IMG/VR virus record: IMGVR_UViG_3300048856_000130
Coordinates: 1-54,640 of that record
Strand: one strand, 5' to 3'
Length of the DNA: 54,640 nucleotides
From: a virus
Taxonomy: Duplodnaviria > Caudoviricetes
The notes below the pieces were generated by a model. The model was given only the letters and a program-made list of their open reading frames with translations. It did no database searches and had not been told where the DNA came from. Positions within the stretch are counted from its first letter, which is position 1, and each line of letters starts with the position of its first letter. Positions 17,341-26,885 of the stretch are shown here, piece after piece. Made by a program: the position numbers and the translations under genes.

Positions 17341-17898
17341 ATGGCACGGGGACGCAAGCGCAAGGCAGGCAACCGCACTCGGTCGGGACGGCTCAGCAGG
17401 GCTGGCGTCCCGGCTGTCCGTATCGATCGCGGCAACCCGCGCGCCGAGTTGCGGACGGAGCTCTACGGCACGAACGGCAGCGATGCGATCGGCCGGGCAT
17501 ACGAGCGCGGTCTGCTGGGTACGGGCAGCGAGGCGAAGGCGATGCTCGACACAGCGCGGGCCATCCACCGCGCATACTGGGCCTGGTACGCGACGGGCCC
17601 GATCCGGTGTGCGCTCGCCGATCGCAACGGGGCTGCGGTTGAGCATGACGAGGATCGCGAGAAGAAGCAGGAGCGATGGCTCAACGACATGATCCGCACG
17701 GTTGAGCGTGGTGGTCGTGCCGTTCGGGTGGTGTTCGATCACCTCGTTGTCGACATCAACCCGGACTATGGGCCGATCTGGCTGGACCGCATCATCGAGC
17801 GCCAGGCCAAGGACAGCGACTGGGTGAACCTCACCGCCGCACTGGATGCGCTGGCCGAATGTGCTGGCGTTCGTCGGTTGACTGCGATGGTGGGTTGA
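17341..17898 (+). CDS. Probable late-gene regulator (Q-position protein)
   Basis: Basic N-terminus MARGRKRKAGNRTRSGRLSR; last gene before the late promoter and terminator. Confidence 0.55.
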   Translation: MARGRKRKAGNRTRSGRLSRAGVPAVRIDRGNPRAELRTELYGTNGSDAIGRAYERGLLGTGSEAKAMLDTARAIHRAYWAWYATGPIRCALADRNGAAVEHDEDREKKQERWLNDMIRTVERGGRAVRVVFDHLVVDINPDYGPIWLDRIIERQAKDSDWVNLTAALDALAECAGVRRLTAMVG

Positions 17899-17940
17899 CT
17901 GCGATGGCGGGTTGACAACCCGATCAGGATAGCGCATGAA
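17876..17940 (+). promoter_or_regulatory. Putative late promoter preceded by 17-bp tandem repeats
   Basis: GGTTGAC at 17876, 17893, 17910; the last copy supplies TTGACA (17912-17917). Confidence 0.5.
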
Positions 17941-17963
17941 ATGAATATTGGCGCATTGCGTCT

Positions 17964-18000
17964 AGAGGCCTGGGGCGAAAGCTCTGGGCCTTTTGCGTTT
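17964..18000 (+). terminator. Intrinsic terminator (tR'-like)
   Basis: 13-bp stem AGAGGCCTGGGGC-GAAA-GCTCTGGGCCTTT then T-rich tail. Confidence 0.7.
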
Positions 18001-18099
18001 CTGGCCCTGCCCCTGACACACCCAAGATGACACTAGATATTTGATAGCGATGCGGTTGGTGATGGGTCGCGAGGCAGGGCCAGGATAACGGAGGCTGCA

Positions 18100-18369
18100 A
18101 TGGGCGACCGGATACGCGGACGTCGCGGCGTCGCACTCCGCAAGGCTCGCCTCGCTGCTGAGCCGCTATGCCGACGCTGCAAGGAGCGCGGGCTGACGAC
18201 TGCGGCTACTGTGCCCGACCATATCGTGCCGCTCGCCCTGGGTGGTGAGGACGTGGACAGCAATATTCGGTGTCTGTGTGGGCCGTGTCACGATGAGGTG
18301 ACGGCTGAGCAGTTCGGGCACCGGTTGAAGCAAGAGATTGGATTGGATGGATGGCCCGTTTCGGGCTAG
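18100..18369 (+). CDS. HNH endonuclease, HK97 gp74-like terminase cofactor
   Basis: EPLCRRC...DHIVPL..GG....NIRCLCGPCH, upstream of terS. Confidence 0.9.
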   Translation: MGDRIRGRRGVALRKARLAAEPLCRRCKERGLTTAATVPDHIVPLALGGEDVDSNIRCLCGPCHDEVTAEQFGHRLKQEIGLDGWPVSG

Positions 18370-18441
18370 AATAATAGCGGGCCGAGAGAGCGTTGGAGCG
18401 CTCGATCCCGGCCCTAACCACAACGATGTTGGAGCATCGCG

Positions 18442-19260
18442 ATGGCTACCCAGATTGATACGCTCATTCCCTATCCGTGCAAAGGATGCGGCACCGAAAT
18501 CCGGAAGCGCACCTTCTGTACGAACGACTGCCGAGCTGACTGGTATCGGCGAACCTGTGCAGAGCGAGACAGAGCAAAGGCACGGGCTCGAGGCGTAAGG
18601 CCGATTGAAGAGGTCAGGGCCACGCAGATCGGCATGGTTCGGCGCCAGTGTATTGTCTGTGACGCCACCTTCGAGCGGCGGCCCAACGGGCGCGACGCAG
18701 GGAAGTGTTGTTCCCGAGCGTGCGGGTTTGTCTATAGGCGCTGGATCGGAGAGCACACTCGCAGCCTGACGCAGGCGCGCAAGGAATTCGCTCGGTGGGC
18801 GAGACGGGCACGAGAGGCCCCCCGCCCGTTGCGTCGTGCTCGGCCCGGTAAGGCTTGCCTGGCGTGCGGGACCGAAGTGGCCAAACATAAGCAACGATGC
18901 GAGCCATGCCGGGAGGAGCGGCGAGCCACTGCCAAAGCGGCTTACCGGCAATCGGACGCATGCAAGGCCATTAGGCGCGCCGCCAAGTCTAGACGCAGAG
19001 CGATCGAGAGAGGGATCGAGGCTGAGCGCTTCGATCCGTTCGAGATCTTCGAGCGTGATGGTTGGAAGTGCCACCTCTGCGGATGCCGCACGCCAAAGAA
19101 GTTGCGTGGGACCTATGACGACCGCGCCCCCGAACTAGACCACGTCATTCCTCTAGCAGCTGGTGGCGAGCACAGCAGACGCAACACGGCCTGCGCCTGC
19201 CGGAAATGCAACATCAAGAAGTCGGATCGACCTCTCGGGCAGCTCCGGCTGGTCGCCTAA
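18442..19260 (+). CDS. Multi-Zn-finger HNH endonuclease (homing-like)
   Basis: Repeated CxxC fingers; IFERDGWKCHLC...ELDHVIPLAAGGEH...NTACACRKCN. Confidence 0.88.
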   Translation: MATQIDTLIPYPCKGCGTEIRKRTFCTNDCRADWYRRTCAERDRAKARARGVRPIEEVRATQIGMVRRQCIVCDATFERRPNGRDAGKCCSRACGFVYRRWIGEHTRSLTQARKEFARWARRAREAPRPLRRARPGKACLACGTEVAKHKQRCEPCREERRATAKAAYRQSDACKAIRRAAKSRRRAIERGIEAERFDPFEIFERDGWKCHLCGCRTPKKLRGTYDDRAPELDHVIPLAAGGEHSRRNTACACRKCNIKKSDRPLGQLRLVA

Positions 19261-19352
19261 CCCCTCGGGGGGACCTGGATTGCTGGGAGCCTTTGAGGTC
19301 GGACACCGGCGTGTGCTGAAATCGCCACATCCACAGTTGAGAGTTCGACCTT

Positions 19353-19730
19353 ATGGCCAACCCGAGAACGCCGGTCGCGAAGGCCCGGGCGACGGGCGCC
19401 GACATCAAGAACCCAGGACGTCACGCCGACCGAAAAGACCCCAAGGTCAAGCCACTCGGCAAGCCTTCCCGCTTTCTGGATGAGAATGGCCGGGAGGCAT
19501 GGGAGGGCTTCAAGGTTGAGCTTCCTTGGCTCACCGAAGCCGACCGTTCCTTGGTCGAGATCGCGGCGAGCGTCCGCGGGCGATTGCTTAGCGGCGAAGA
19601 CGTCGGCGTGACCGCCCTGTCCATGCTGCAGTCGATCCTGAGCAAGATGGGCGGAACGCCGGCCGACCGAAGCAAGGTGTCAACGCCTGATGACGAAACC
19701 GAGGAAGACGAGTTCTTCGGCGACAACTGA
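19353..19730 (+). CDS. terS: Terminase small subunit (P27-like)
   Basis: Position; MGGTPADRSKV motif. Confidence 0.85.
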   Translation: MANPRTPVAKARATGADIKNPGRHADRKDPKVKPLGKPSRFLDENGREAWEGFKVELPWLTEADRSLVEIAASVRGRLLSGEDVGVTALSMLQSILSKMGGTPADRSKVSTPDDETEEDEFFGDN

Positions 19731-21561
19731 CCGCGGCACGCAATACGCGCTCGATGTCGTTGCCGGCCGCTTCATCGCTGGGCCGCATGTTCGCAACGCC
19801 TGCCGTCGCCACCTGGACGATCTGGAGCGCGGGCACGAACGGGGGCTGACCTACTCGGTCGAGAAGGCTGAGCGCGTGCTTCGGTTCTTCGAAACCAAGT
19901 TGCGGCTGAACGGCGGCCAGTTCGAAGGGCGTCCGTTCAACCTGCACCCGTCGCAGGCCTTCAAGCTGTCGTGCTTGTTCGGGTGGCTGCGGGCTGATGG
20001 CAGCCGGCGCTTTCGCCGAGCCTACATCGAGGAGGGCAAGGGCAACGGCAAGTCGCCGTTCGCTGGGGGCATCGGCCTGTACGGCATGATGGCCGACGAC
20101 GAGGCCGGCGCCGAGATTTACGCCGTGGCTGCGCACCGCGACCAGGCGAAGATCCTGTTCAACGATGCGGTCGCGATGGTCGACCAGTCGCCGGACCTCG
20201 CCAAGCGGATCACGCAGAGCGGCGGGCCCGGTCGGGTCTACAATCTGGCCTGGCTGCCGAAGGGATCGTTCTTCCGGCCGCTGTCTCGATCGGCGGGCAA
20301 ATCGGGCTCCGGCCTTCGCCCGCATATCGGGCTGGCCGACGAGCTGCACGAGCATCCGAACCGCGACGCGGTGGAGATGATCGAGCGCGGCTTCAAGTCT
20401 CGCCGGCAACCCCTGCTGCTGATGATCACCAACAGCGGATCCGATCGCAACTCGATCTGCTACGAGGAACACGAACACGCGGTTCGCGTCGCGGCCGGCA
20501 CGATGACGCCGGGCGAGGACTTCGCCTATGTCGGCGAGCCGATTGACGACAGCACCTTTAGCTTCGTCTGCTCGCTCGACCCGAAGGACGATCCCCTCAA
20601 GGATCCGTCTTGCTGGGCAAAGGCGAACCCGCTGCTCGGCACGATCCTGACGGAGGAGTATCTGGCCGGCGTCGTAGCGCAGGCCAGGGCGATGCCGGGG
20701 AAGCTCAACGGCATCCTGCGGTTGCACTTCTGCGTTTGGACGGACGCGGACACCGCCTGGATGTCGCGCGAGGTGCTGGAGAAGTGCCTGGCTGACTTCG
20801 ATCCCACCGGACACCACGGCAAGCGGATCGCGATCGGCATCGACCTTTCGCAAAACCGGGACATCACGGCGAAGGCCTGCGCGGTTCAGACCGGCAGCGT
20901 CGACGTCGAAGTTGAAGTCGAAGGCGAGAAGCAGATCGTCGCCAAGCCGACCTTCGACGCCTGGATCGAAGCATGGACGCCGGGAGATACGATCGACCAG
21001 CGCGCGGTGCTCGACAAGGCGCCGTACGACGTCTGGGCAAAACAAGGACACCTGCAGGCGCCGCCGGGTCAGAGTATCCGGTTCGATCACGTCGCGCAGT
21101 CGCTGGCGGACGATAGCCGGGACTTCGACATCGGCATGGTCGCCTATGACCGGTACGCGTTCCGGCGGTTCGAGGAAGAGTGCCAGAAGCTGGGCCTGTC
21201 CCTGCCGTTCGTGGAGCACCCGCAAGGTGGCACGAAGAAGGGCAAGCCGACTGAGGACATGAAGGAAGCGGCGGAAGCGGATGGCCGCACTGCCGAAGGC
21301 CTCTGGATGCCCGGTTCTCTGCGCGAACTTGAGGACGCGATGTTGGAAGGCCGGGTGCGGTTCAAGCGCAACCCGGTGCTGATCTCGGCGATGATGTCGG
21401 CAGTTACGGACGAAGACCGCTGGGGCAACAGGTGGCTCGCGAAAGAGCGGGCAACGAACAAGATCGACGCGGCAGTTGCCGTGTGCATGGCGATAGGAGC
21501 GGCGATGGCGATGGGAAGCAGTAGCGCCATTGACGACTGGCTCGCGAGCCTGGCCGCGTGA
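19690..21561 (+). CDS. terL: Terminase large subunit
   Basis: GKGNGKS Walker A, LADELHE Walker B, IGIDLS and KIDAAVA nuclease motifs. Confidence 0.96.
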   Translation: MTKPRKTSSSATTDRGTQYALDVVAGRFIAGPHVRNACRRHLDDLERGHERGLTYSVEKAERVLRFFETKLRLNGGQFEGRPFNLHPSQAFKLSCLFGWLRADGSRRFRRAYIEEGKGNGKSPFAGGIGLYGMMADDEAGAEIYAVAAHRDQAKILFNDAVAMVDQSPDLAKRITQSGGPGRVYNLAWLPKGSFFRPLSRSAGKSGSGLRPHIGLADELHEHPNRDAVEMIERGFKSRRQPLLLMITNSGSDRNSICYEEHEHAVRVAAGTMTPGEDFAYVGEPIDDSTFSFVCSLDPKDDPLKDPSCWAKANPLLGTILTEEYLAGVVAQARAMPGKLNGILRLHFCVWTDADTAWMSREVLEKCLADFDPTGHHGKRIAIGIDLSQNRDITAKACAVQTGSVDVEVEVEGEKQIVAKPTFDAWIEAWTPGDTIDQRAVLDKAPYDVWAKQGHLQAPPGQSIRFDHVAQSLADDSRDFDIGMVAYDRYAFRRFEEECQKLGLSLPFVEHPQGGTKKGKPTEDMKEAAEADGRTAEGLWMPGSLRELEDAMLEGRVRFKRNPVLISAMMSAVTDEDRWGNRWLAKERATNKIDAAVAVCMAIGAAMAMGSSSAIDDWLASLAA

Positions 21562-22844
21562 GTGACACCGGCCGGCAGGCCTTTCTGGTCCAGTATGACA
21601 GCGGAGTAGCCCAGGCCGAGCGGGCGCTGGTGCGTGCGCGTAAGGAGACGATGGGTCTCGACGCGTGGGCATCGCGCAACGACGGCACCAACTTCCGCAC
21701 GAACCAGGTTACGCTTGCCCATTACGACGACAGCGGCGCGAACGGTAACGCGCTCGGCATCTCTGCCGTGTGGGCGTGCGTGAACCTGCTGGCGGGCACG
21801 ATCGCGAGCCTGCCGCTGATGGTCTACCGGACGGTCGGCCAGGAACGGACGATCGCGAAGGACCATCCGCTTTACCGCCTGCTGCACGACAGCCCGAACG
21901 TCGACCAAACGGCGGTCGATTTCTGGGAGTTCGTGCAGGCGTCGGTCGAGCTACACGGCAACGCCTTCGCCGAGAAGCGGACCACCGGCGGCCGCGTCAC
22001 GTCGCTGGTGCCGGTGCGCCCCGACATCGTGTCGGTGAAGCGCGTAGGCACTGGGCTCGAGTACAGTTGGACGGCAGACGGCCAGCAGAAGCGCCTCTCG
22101 TCGGCTAAGGTGCTGCATATCCGCGGCTTCGGCGGTAACCCGCTCGGCGGCGCGTCGACCCTGTCGGTGTGCCGGAGCACGTTTGGCTCGGCGATGGCGG
22201 TGACCAACGCGGCCTCGGCCATGTTCCGCAACGGTGTGCGCCCTTCCGGCGTGCTGTCGACGGACAAGACGCTGACCGGGGAGCAGCGGCCGACTTTGGA
22301 GCGCTTGCTGCAGGAGAAGTTCGCCGGCGCCATGAACGACGGGCGGCCGATGGTGCTCGACAACGGGCTCTCTTGGAGCCAGCTCACGATCGATCCTGCC
22401 GACGCACAGATGCTGGAGACCCGCCGCTTCAGCGTTGAGGAAATCTGCCGCATCTTCGGCATCCCGCCGCACATGATCGGCCACACCGAGAACAGCACCA
22501 GCTGGGGCACCGGCCTTGAGCAGCAGACCCTCGGTTTCCAGAAGTTCACGCTCCGCCGCCGGCTGAAACGCATCGAACAGGCGCTTGAAAAGCAGCTTTT
22601 GACCCCAGCAGACCGCGCGGCGGGCGTGACAATCGAGTTCAACTTGGAAGGGCTGCTGCGCGGCGACAGCGGCGCGCGGTCAACCTTCTACCAGTCCGGC
22701 CTTTCGAATGGCTGGATGACAATCAACGAGGTCCGCGCGCTGGAGAACCTGCCGCCCGTCGAGGGTGGCGATGTGCCGCGCATGCAGATGCAGAACGTCC
22801 CTCTCACGGAGGCCGGGCAACAGCCGGCAGGAGTTGCCGCATGA
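21558..22844 (+). CDS. HK97-family portal protein
   Basis: SAVWACVNLLAGTIASLPL, EEICRIFGIPPHMIG, MTINEVRALENLPP. Confidence 0.96.
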   Translation: MSDTGRQAFLVQYDSGVAQAERALVRARKETMGLDAWASRNDGTNFRTNQVTLAHYDDSGANGNALGISAVWACVNLLAGTIASLPLMVYRTVGQERTIAKDHPLYRLLHDSPNVDQTAVDFWEFVQASVELHGNAFAEKRTTGGRVTSLVPVRPDIVSVKRVGTGLEYSWTADGQQKRLSSAKVLHIRGFGGNPLGGASTLSVCRSTFGSAMAVTNAASAMFRNGVRPSGVLSTDKTLTGEQRPTLERLLQEKFAGAMNDGRPMVLDNGLSWSQLTIDPADAQMLETRRFSVEEICRIFGIPPHMIGHTENSTSWGTGLEQQTLGFQKFTLRRRLKRIEQALEKQLLTPADRAAGVTIEFNLEGLLRGDSGARSTFYQSGLSNGWMTINEVRALENLPPVEGGDVPRMQMQNVPLTEAGQQPAGVAA

Positions 22845-23497
22845 TCCTGACCAAGAACAGCGCCGTGCCGCTGGACAGCAAAGCCGTGTCCGACAGCGGC
22901 GTGATCGAAGGCTATGCCTCGGTCTTCGGTAACGTCGACAGCTACGGCGAGATCGTGGAGCCCGGCGCGTTCGTGGACAGCCTCGTCAAGAGCAAGCGCG
23001 AGGGCCGGAAGATCAAGCTGCTGTGGCAGCACGACCCGCACCAGCCCATCGGCGTCTGGGATGACCTGGCGGAGGACAGCAAGGGCCTCTGGGTGAAGGG
23101 CCGCCTGTTCAAGGACACCGTCGCGAAGGCCGCGGAAGCGTACAACCTGCTCAAGGAAGGCGCGCTGGACGGCCTGTCGATCGGCTACCGCACGCTGAAG
23201 GCCGAGCCCAAGGCGGGCAAGCCGGGCGTCCTATCGCTGCTGAAGCTGGACCTGCTGGAGAACAGCGTCGTGACCTTCGCCGCGAATGAGCGGGCGCGCG
23301 TCGAGGTCGTGAAATCCATGATTGCGACCGGCGGCAATCCAACGGAACGCGAGTTTCAAGAAGCCCTGCGGGAGCTTGGCTTCTCGAAGAGCAGAGCCGA
23401 GGCGATGTCCACGGCCTGTAAGCCGTACCTTCGGGGGGAGCCCGAGGCGAAGGCGAACGATGAACTCCTGGAGTTCCTGACGGCTCTCCGGGGCTGA
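22841..23497 (+). CDS. HK97-family prohead protease
   Basis: IEGYASVF, LLWQHD, GLSIGY, ENSVVTFAAN. Confidence 0.95.
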   Translation: MILTKNSAVPLDSKAVSDSGVIEGYASVFGNVDSYGEIVEPGAFVDSLVKSKREGRKIKLLWQHDPHQPIGVWDDLAEDSKGLWVKGRLFKDTVAKAAEAYNLLKEGALDGLSIGYRTLKAEPKAGKPGVLSLLKLDLLENSVVTFAANERARVEVVKSMIATGGNPTEREFQEALRELGFSKSRAEAMSTACKPYLRGEPEAKANDELLEFLTALRG

Positions 23498-23528
23498 TCC
23501 TTCCTCTCTGCCTAGAAAGGGCAACCAC

Positions 23529-24851
23529 ATGCGAAAGATTATGCTCGCGGGTCTGCTGACCCGCGCATCGATGACTGCTGCCGAGCGTTCCAAGGGCCGC
23601 TTCATGCGCAGCCCGGACGGCCACAACGGTGGCGGCGCCAAGTCGGCCGCCGAAATGGCGACCGAACTGAAGGGCGATTTCGAACGCCGCTTCAACGAGG
23701 TGAAGGGTATCGCCGAGCGCGCAACTGGCATGCTGGAGAAGGGCGAGGTTCTGACGCCGGAATACAAGGCGCAGATCGATGACGCGCTGACCGGCTTCAA
23801 CACCACCAAGACGCGCCTGGACGACCTCGAGCAGAAGCTGGACGGCTTCGACCCGAGCGCGCAGCACTCCTATCAGACGCCGGGCGCGCAGTTCTCCGAG
23901 GATGCCGACGTGAAGTCGTTCCTCGCGAACCCGACTTCCGGCAAGCGCATCGGCGTCGACGTGAAGGCGATCGTGTCTTCGCTGACCACCGACGCGAACG
24001 GCTCGGCGGGTGACCTGATCGTCCCGCAGCGCCAGGGCATGGTCGATCCCGTCGTGCGCCGCATGACGATCCGCGACCTGCTGACCCCGGGCCGGACCAA
24101 CTCGAACGCGATCCAGTATCCGGTCGAGACCGGCTTCACCAACTCGGCTGCGACCGTGTCGGAAACGACCGCCCCGACCAAGCCGCAGTCGGAGATCAAG
24201 TTCGACATCCGCACCACCAGCGTCACCACGATCGCGCACTGGCTGATCGCCACGCGTCAGATCCTGGACGACGTGCCGATGCTGGAAAGCTACATCGACG
24301 GCCGCCTCCGCTATGGCTTGGCGTATGTCGAGGAGAACCAGCTGCTGAACGGCGGCGGTACCGGCACCGACCTGAACGGGATCTACACCCAGGCGACTGC
24401 TTTCGCCGCGGGTTCCGCGATCCTCGCCGGTGCGACAAACATCGACGTTCTGCGGTACGCGATGCTGCAGGCGGCGCTCGCCGAGCTCCCGGCCACCGGC
24501 CACGTCCTGAACCCGATCGACTGGGCAACCATCGAGACGCTGAAGGATGGCGAAGGCCGGTATCTGATCGGCAACCCGCAGGGCACCATTCAGCCGACCC
24601 TTTGGGGCCTGCCGGTGGTGGCAACCCAGGCGATGGCGGCAGGCTCGTTCCTGACCGGCGCCTTCCGCCTGGGCGCGCAGATCTTCGACCGCATGGACGC
24701 GCGTGTCGAAATCTCGACCGAGGACAGCGACAACTTCCGCAAGAACCTTGTCACCATCCTCGCCGAGGAGCGCCTAGCGCTCGCGGTGTACCGCCCGGAG
24801 GCCTTCATCAAGGGCACCTACGCGGCGGCAAAGACCGACCTGGCTTCCTGA
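23529..24851 (+). CDS. HK97-fold major capsid protein
   Basis: Delta-domain coil; TIAHW...RQILDD; TLWGLPVV; AEERLALAVYRPEAF. Confidence 0.97.
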   Translation: MRKIMLAGLLTRASMTAAERSKGRFMRSPDGHNGGGAKSAAEMATELKGDFERRFNEVKGIAERATGMLEKGEVLTPEYKAQIDDALTGFNTTKTRLDDLEQKLDGFDPSAQHSYQTPGAQFSEDADVKSFLANPTSGKRIGVDVKAIVSSLTTDANGSAGDLIVPQRQGMVDPVVRRMTIRDLLTPGRTNSNAIQYPVETGFTNSAATVSETTAPTKPQSEIKFDIRTTSVTTIAHWLIATRQILDDVPMLESYIDGRLRYGLAYVEENQLLNGGGTGTDLNGIYTQATAFAAGSAILAGATNIDVLRYAMLQAALAELPATGHVLNPIDWATIETLKDGEGRYLIGNPQGTIQPTLWGLPVVATQAMAAGSFLTGAFRLGAQIFDRMDARVEISTEDSDNFRKNLVTILAEERLALAVYRPEAFIKGTYAAAKTDLAS

Positions 24852-24865
24852 TCCTCCCGGAGCCT

Positions 24866-24898
24866 GAGGGGCTGGCCTTGCGCCGGCCCCTCCTTTCT
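24866..24898 (+). terminator. Hairpin/terminator after the capsid gene
   Basis: GAGGGGCTGGC-CTTGC-GCCGGCCCCTC then CTTTCT. Confidence 0.55.
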
Positions 24899-24936
24899 CG
24901 ACCTCCGTCCGCGGCGGTCCAGAAAGGAGAGACGCG

Positions 24937-25158
24937 ATGACGAACGTGAAGATGAAGGCGGTCGATACGCTGCATGTCAGCTCGGTCAGCCAGCACAGCA
25001 TGGTTGCAGGGACGGAGTTCGAGGTCCCGACGCACATCGCCGACGATCTTGAGGCGCGCGGGCTGGCTGATCGCGTCGCCGACGAGCCGGAGAAGAAGGC
25101 GGCACCCGCCCCGGCGAACAAGATGGACCGGGCGCCCGCAAACAAGGCGGCGAAGTAA
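24937..25158 (+). CDS. Small head-associated hypothetical protein
   Basis: GGAG RBS; KKAAPAPANK tail typical of post-capsid genes. Confidence 0.75.
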   Translation: MTNVKMKAVDTLHVSSVSQHSMVAGTEFEVPTHIADDLEARGLADRVADEPEKKAAPAPANKMDRAPANKAAK

Positions 25159-25164
25159 AACCCG

Positions 25165-25722
25165 ATGCTGCGCGCCCTCGCCGCCCCCGATGGCGAAGCA
25201 ATCCTCCCCCTCGCCGACCTGAAGGCGCGGGTGCGCATCCTGTCCAATGACGAGGACGAGACGGTTACGCGCATGCGGGGCCAGGCGATCGACTGGGTAG
25301 AGCGCTACACGGGCATCGCGCTCGACAAGCGCCAGTTCGAATATGCCGACCGCCAGTTTTGCCGCCGCATCGGCCTGCCCATCGGCCCGATCGTGAGCGT
25401 CGACGCCATCGAATATGACGATGCAGCCGGCGAGCTTCACAACCTCACCGCGGCCGACTGGCGCTTCGGCGCCGGCACCGTGTTGAGCGCGGCCGGCAAG
25501 CGCTGGCCGGCATCGGATGGCGAACCCGGCTCGGTGCGGATCAAGTTCACGGCAGGACTGCAGAACGCCGCGACCGAGGCGCCGTCGCTGATCGCAGCCG
25601 TCGAGCTGCTGGTGGCGCACTGGTTTGCCAATCGCGAGGCGGTGAGCGCGGGCAATGCGGCGACGGAGGTTCCCTTCGGCGTGTCGTCGCTGTGTGACCA
25701 GTACCGGATGCCCGGGCTGTGA
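25165..25722 (+). CDS. Head-tail connector (gp6-like)
   Basis: LADLKARVRI...AVELLVAHWFANRE. Confidence 0.9.
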   Translation: MLRALAAPDGEAILPLADLKARVRILSNDEDETVTRMRGQAIDWVERYTGIALDKRQFEYADRQFCRRIGLPIGPIVSVDAIEYDDAAGELHNLTAADWRFGAGTVLSAAGKRWPASDGEPGSVRIKFTAGLQNAATEAPSLIAAVELLVAHWFANREAVSAGNAATEVPFGVSSLCDQYRMPGL

Positions 25723-26066
25723 AAGCCGACCGCCCCCACCGCATCATGATCCAGCGCATGGGAGAGCCCGTTGACGACGGCTACACCACCCTGCCCGGCC
25801 AGTTCGAAGACTTCGCCCCCGAATACGCCCGCATCATCTACGGAAGCGGACGAGAGCAGCGTGAAGCGGCACAGGAGGGCGCGTCGCAGACCGCGACATT
25901 TGAGGTTCTTAGCAACGCCAAGACCCGCACGGTGAGCGTGACCGATCGCATCTGCTACCCGGTGGGCGACCCCGATCCGGCTAAGTGGCCGGTGTGGGAC
26001 GTCATCGCAGCGGTTGATCTAGGTTATAATGAAGGCGTTCGCCTGACGGCTGTGAGGCAGCGCTGA
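25719..26066 (+). CDS. Head closure / head-tail adaptor
   Basis: HRIMIQR...GREQREA; position. Confidence 0.8.
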   Translation: MKADRPHRIMIQRMGEPVDDGYTTLPGQFEDFAPEYARIIYGSGREQREAAQEGASQTATFEVLSNAKTRTVSVTDRICYPVGDPDPAKWPVWDVIAAVDLGYNEGVRLTAVRQR

Positions 26067-26461
26067 TGGACATGCCTACCGCCTTGCGAACGCGCCTGCT
26101 CGCGCATGCTCCGCTCGCTCAACTCGTTTCGAAGCGCATCGACTGGATGATCCGGCCGCCGGAGACGGCCCTGCCGGCACTGGTTTTGCAGACGATCACG
26201 GACGAGCGGCCGCAGCACTACAAGGGCTTCCAAGCGCTGCGTTCGACGCGCGTGCGAGCGGACACCTGGGCGGTAACATATGCGGCGGCGCGGGCAGTAT
26301 CCGAGGCGGTGATTGCCGCTGCGGTTCCGGAGTATCGCGGCAACGGCATCCACTTCCGCCGCGCTCAAGTCGAAGGCCCCCGCGACCTGATGGACGACGA
26401 CGCGACCAAGCCGCTCCACCGCTCATCGGTTGACCTGATCCTATGGTGGTCGGCCCTCTAA
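26066..26461 (+). CDS. Tail terminator (DUF3168)
   Basis: ALRTRLLA..PL..LV..RI; RVRADTWA. Confidence 0.8.
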   Translation: MDMPTALRTRLLAHAPLAQLVSKRIDWMIRPPETALPALVLQTITDERPQHYKGFQALRSTRVRADTWAVTYAAARAVSEAVIAAAVPEYRGNGIHFRRAQVEGPRDLMDDDATKPLHRSSVDLILWWSAL

Positions 26462-26462
26462 C

Positions 26463-26864
26463 ATGGCCGGGTTCCAAGTGTCCGGCTTCGACGCGCTCGA
26501 CCGGAAGCTGGCGCAACTCGAACGCGGGTTCGACCGGAAGAAGGTTGTCGGCGTCCTGCGCCGCGGCGCGAATGTCATTGCAAGGGAAGAGCGGGCGCTA
26601 GTCCCGGTGCGCAGCGGCGATCTCCGCCGAAGCATCACCGTCACGACTTCGCCCGGCTTCACGCTTCCCGATGCACGAAACGAGATCACGATCTTCGTCG
26701 GCCCGAAACGCGGCGCCGGCTCGATCGCCCACCTGGTCGAGTGGGGCACCATCCGCACGGCCGCTCATCCCTTCATTCAACCCGCCATCGACAAGCGCGG
26801 GGAGGAAGCAATCGGTATCGTTCTGACGGGGCTCCAAGGGCTCCTGCAGGATGCGGTGAAGTGA
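26463..26864 (+). CDS. HK97 gp10-family tail component
   Basis: VPVRSGDLRRSI; HLVEWGT...AHPFIQPA. Confidence 0.88.
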   Translation: MAGFQVSGFDALDRKLAQLERGFDRKKVVGVLRRGANVIAREERALVPVRSGDLRRSITVTTSPGFTLPDARNEITIFVGPKRGAGSIAHLVEWGTIRTAAHPFIQPAIDKRGEEAIGIVLTGLQGLLQDAVK

Positions 26865-26885
26865 CGTTTAGCAGGAGCTAGGAAC

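Noticed and set aside
17876-17916. CRISPR-like or other spacer array (also 43502-43581 and 13467-13507)
   Set aside because: Repeats are short, lack spacers of CRISPR length, and no cas genes are present.
26066-26864. Swapped order of DUF3168 and HK97-gp10 genes
   Set aside because: A minor synteny variant with no evidence of functional significance.
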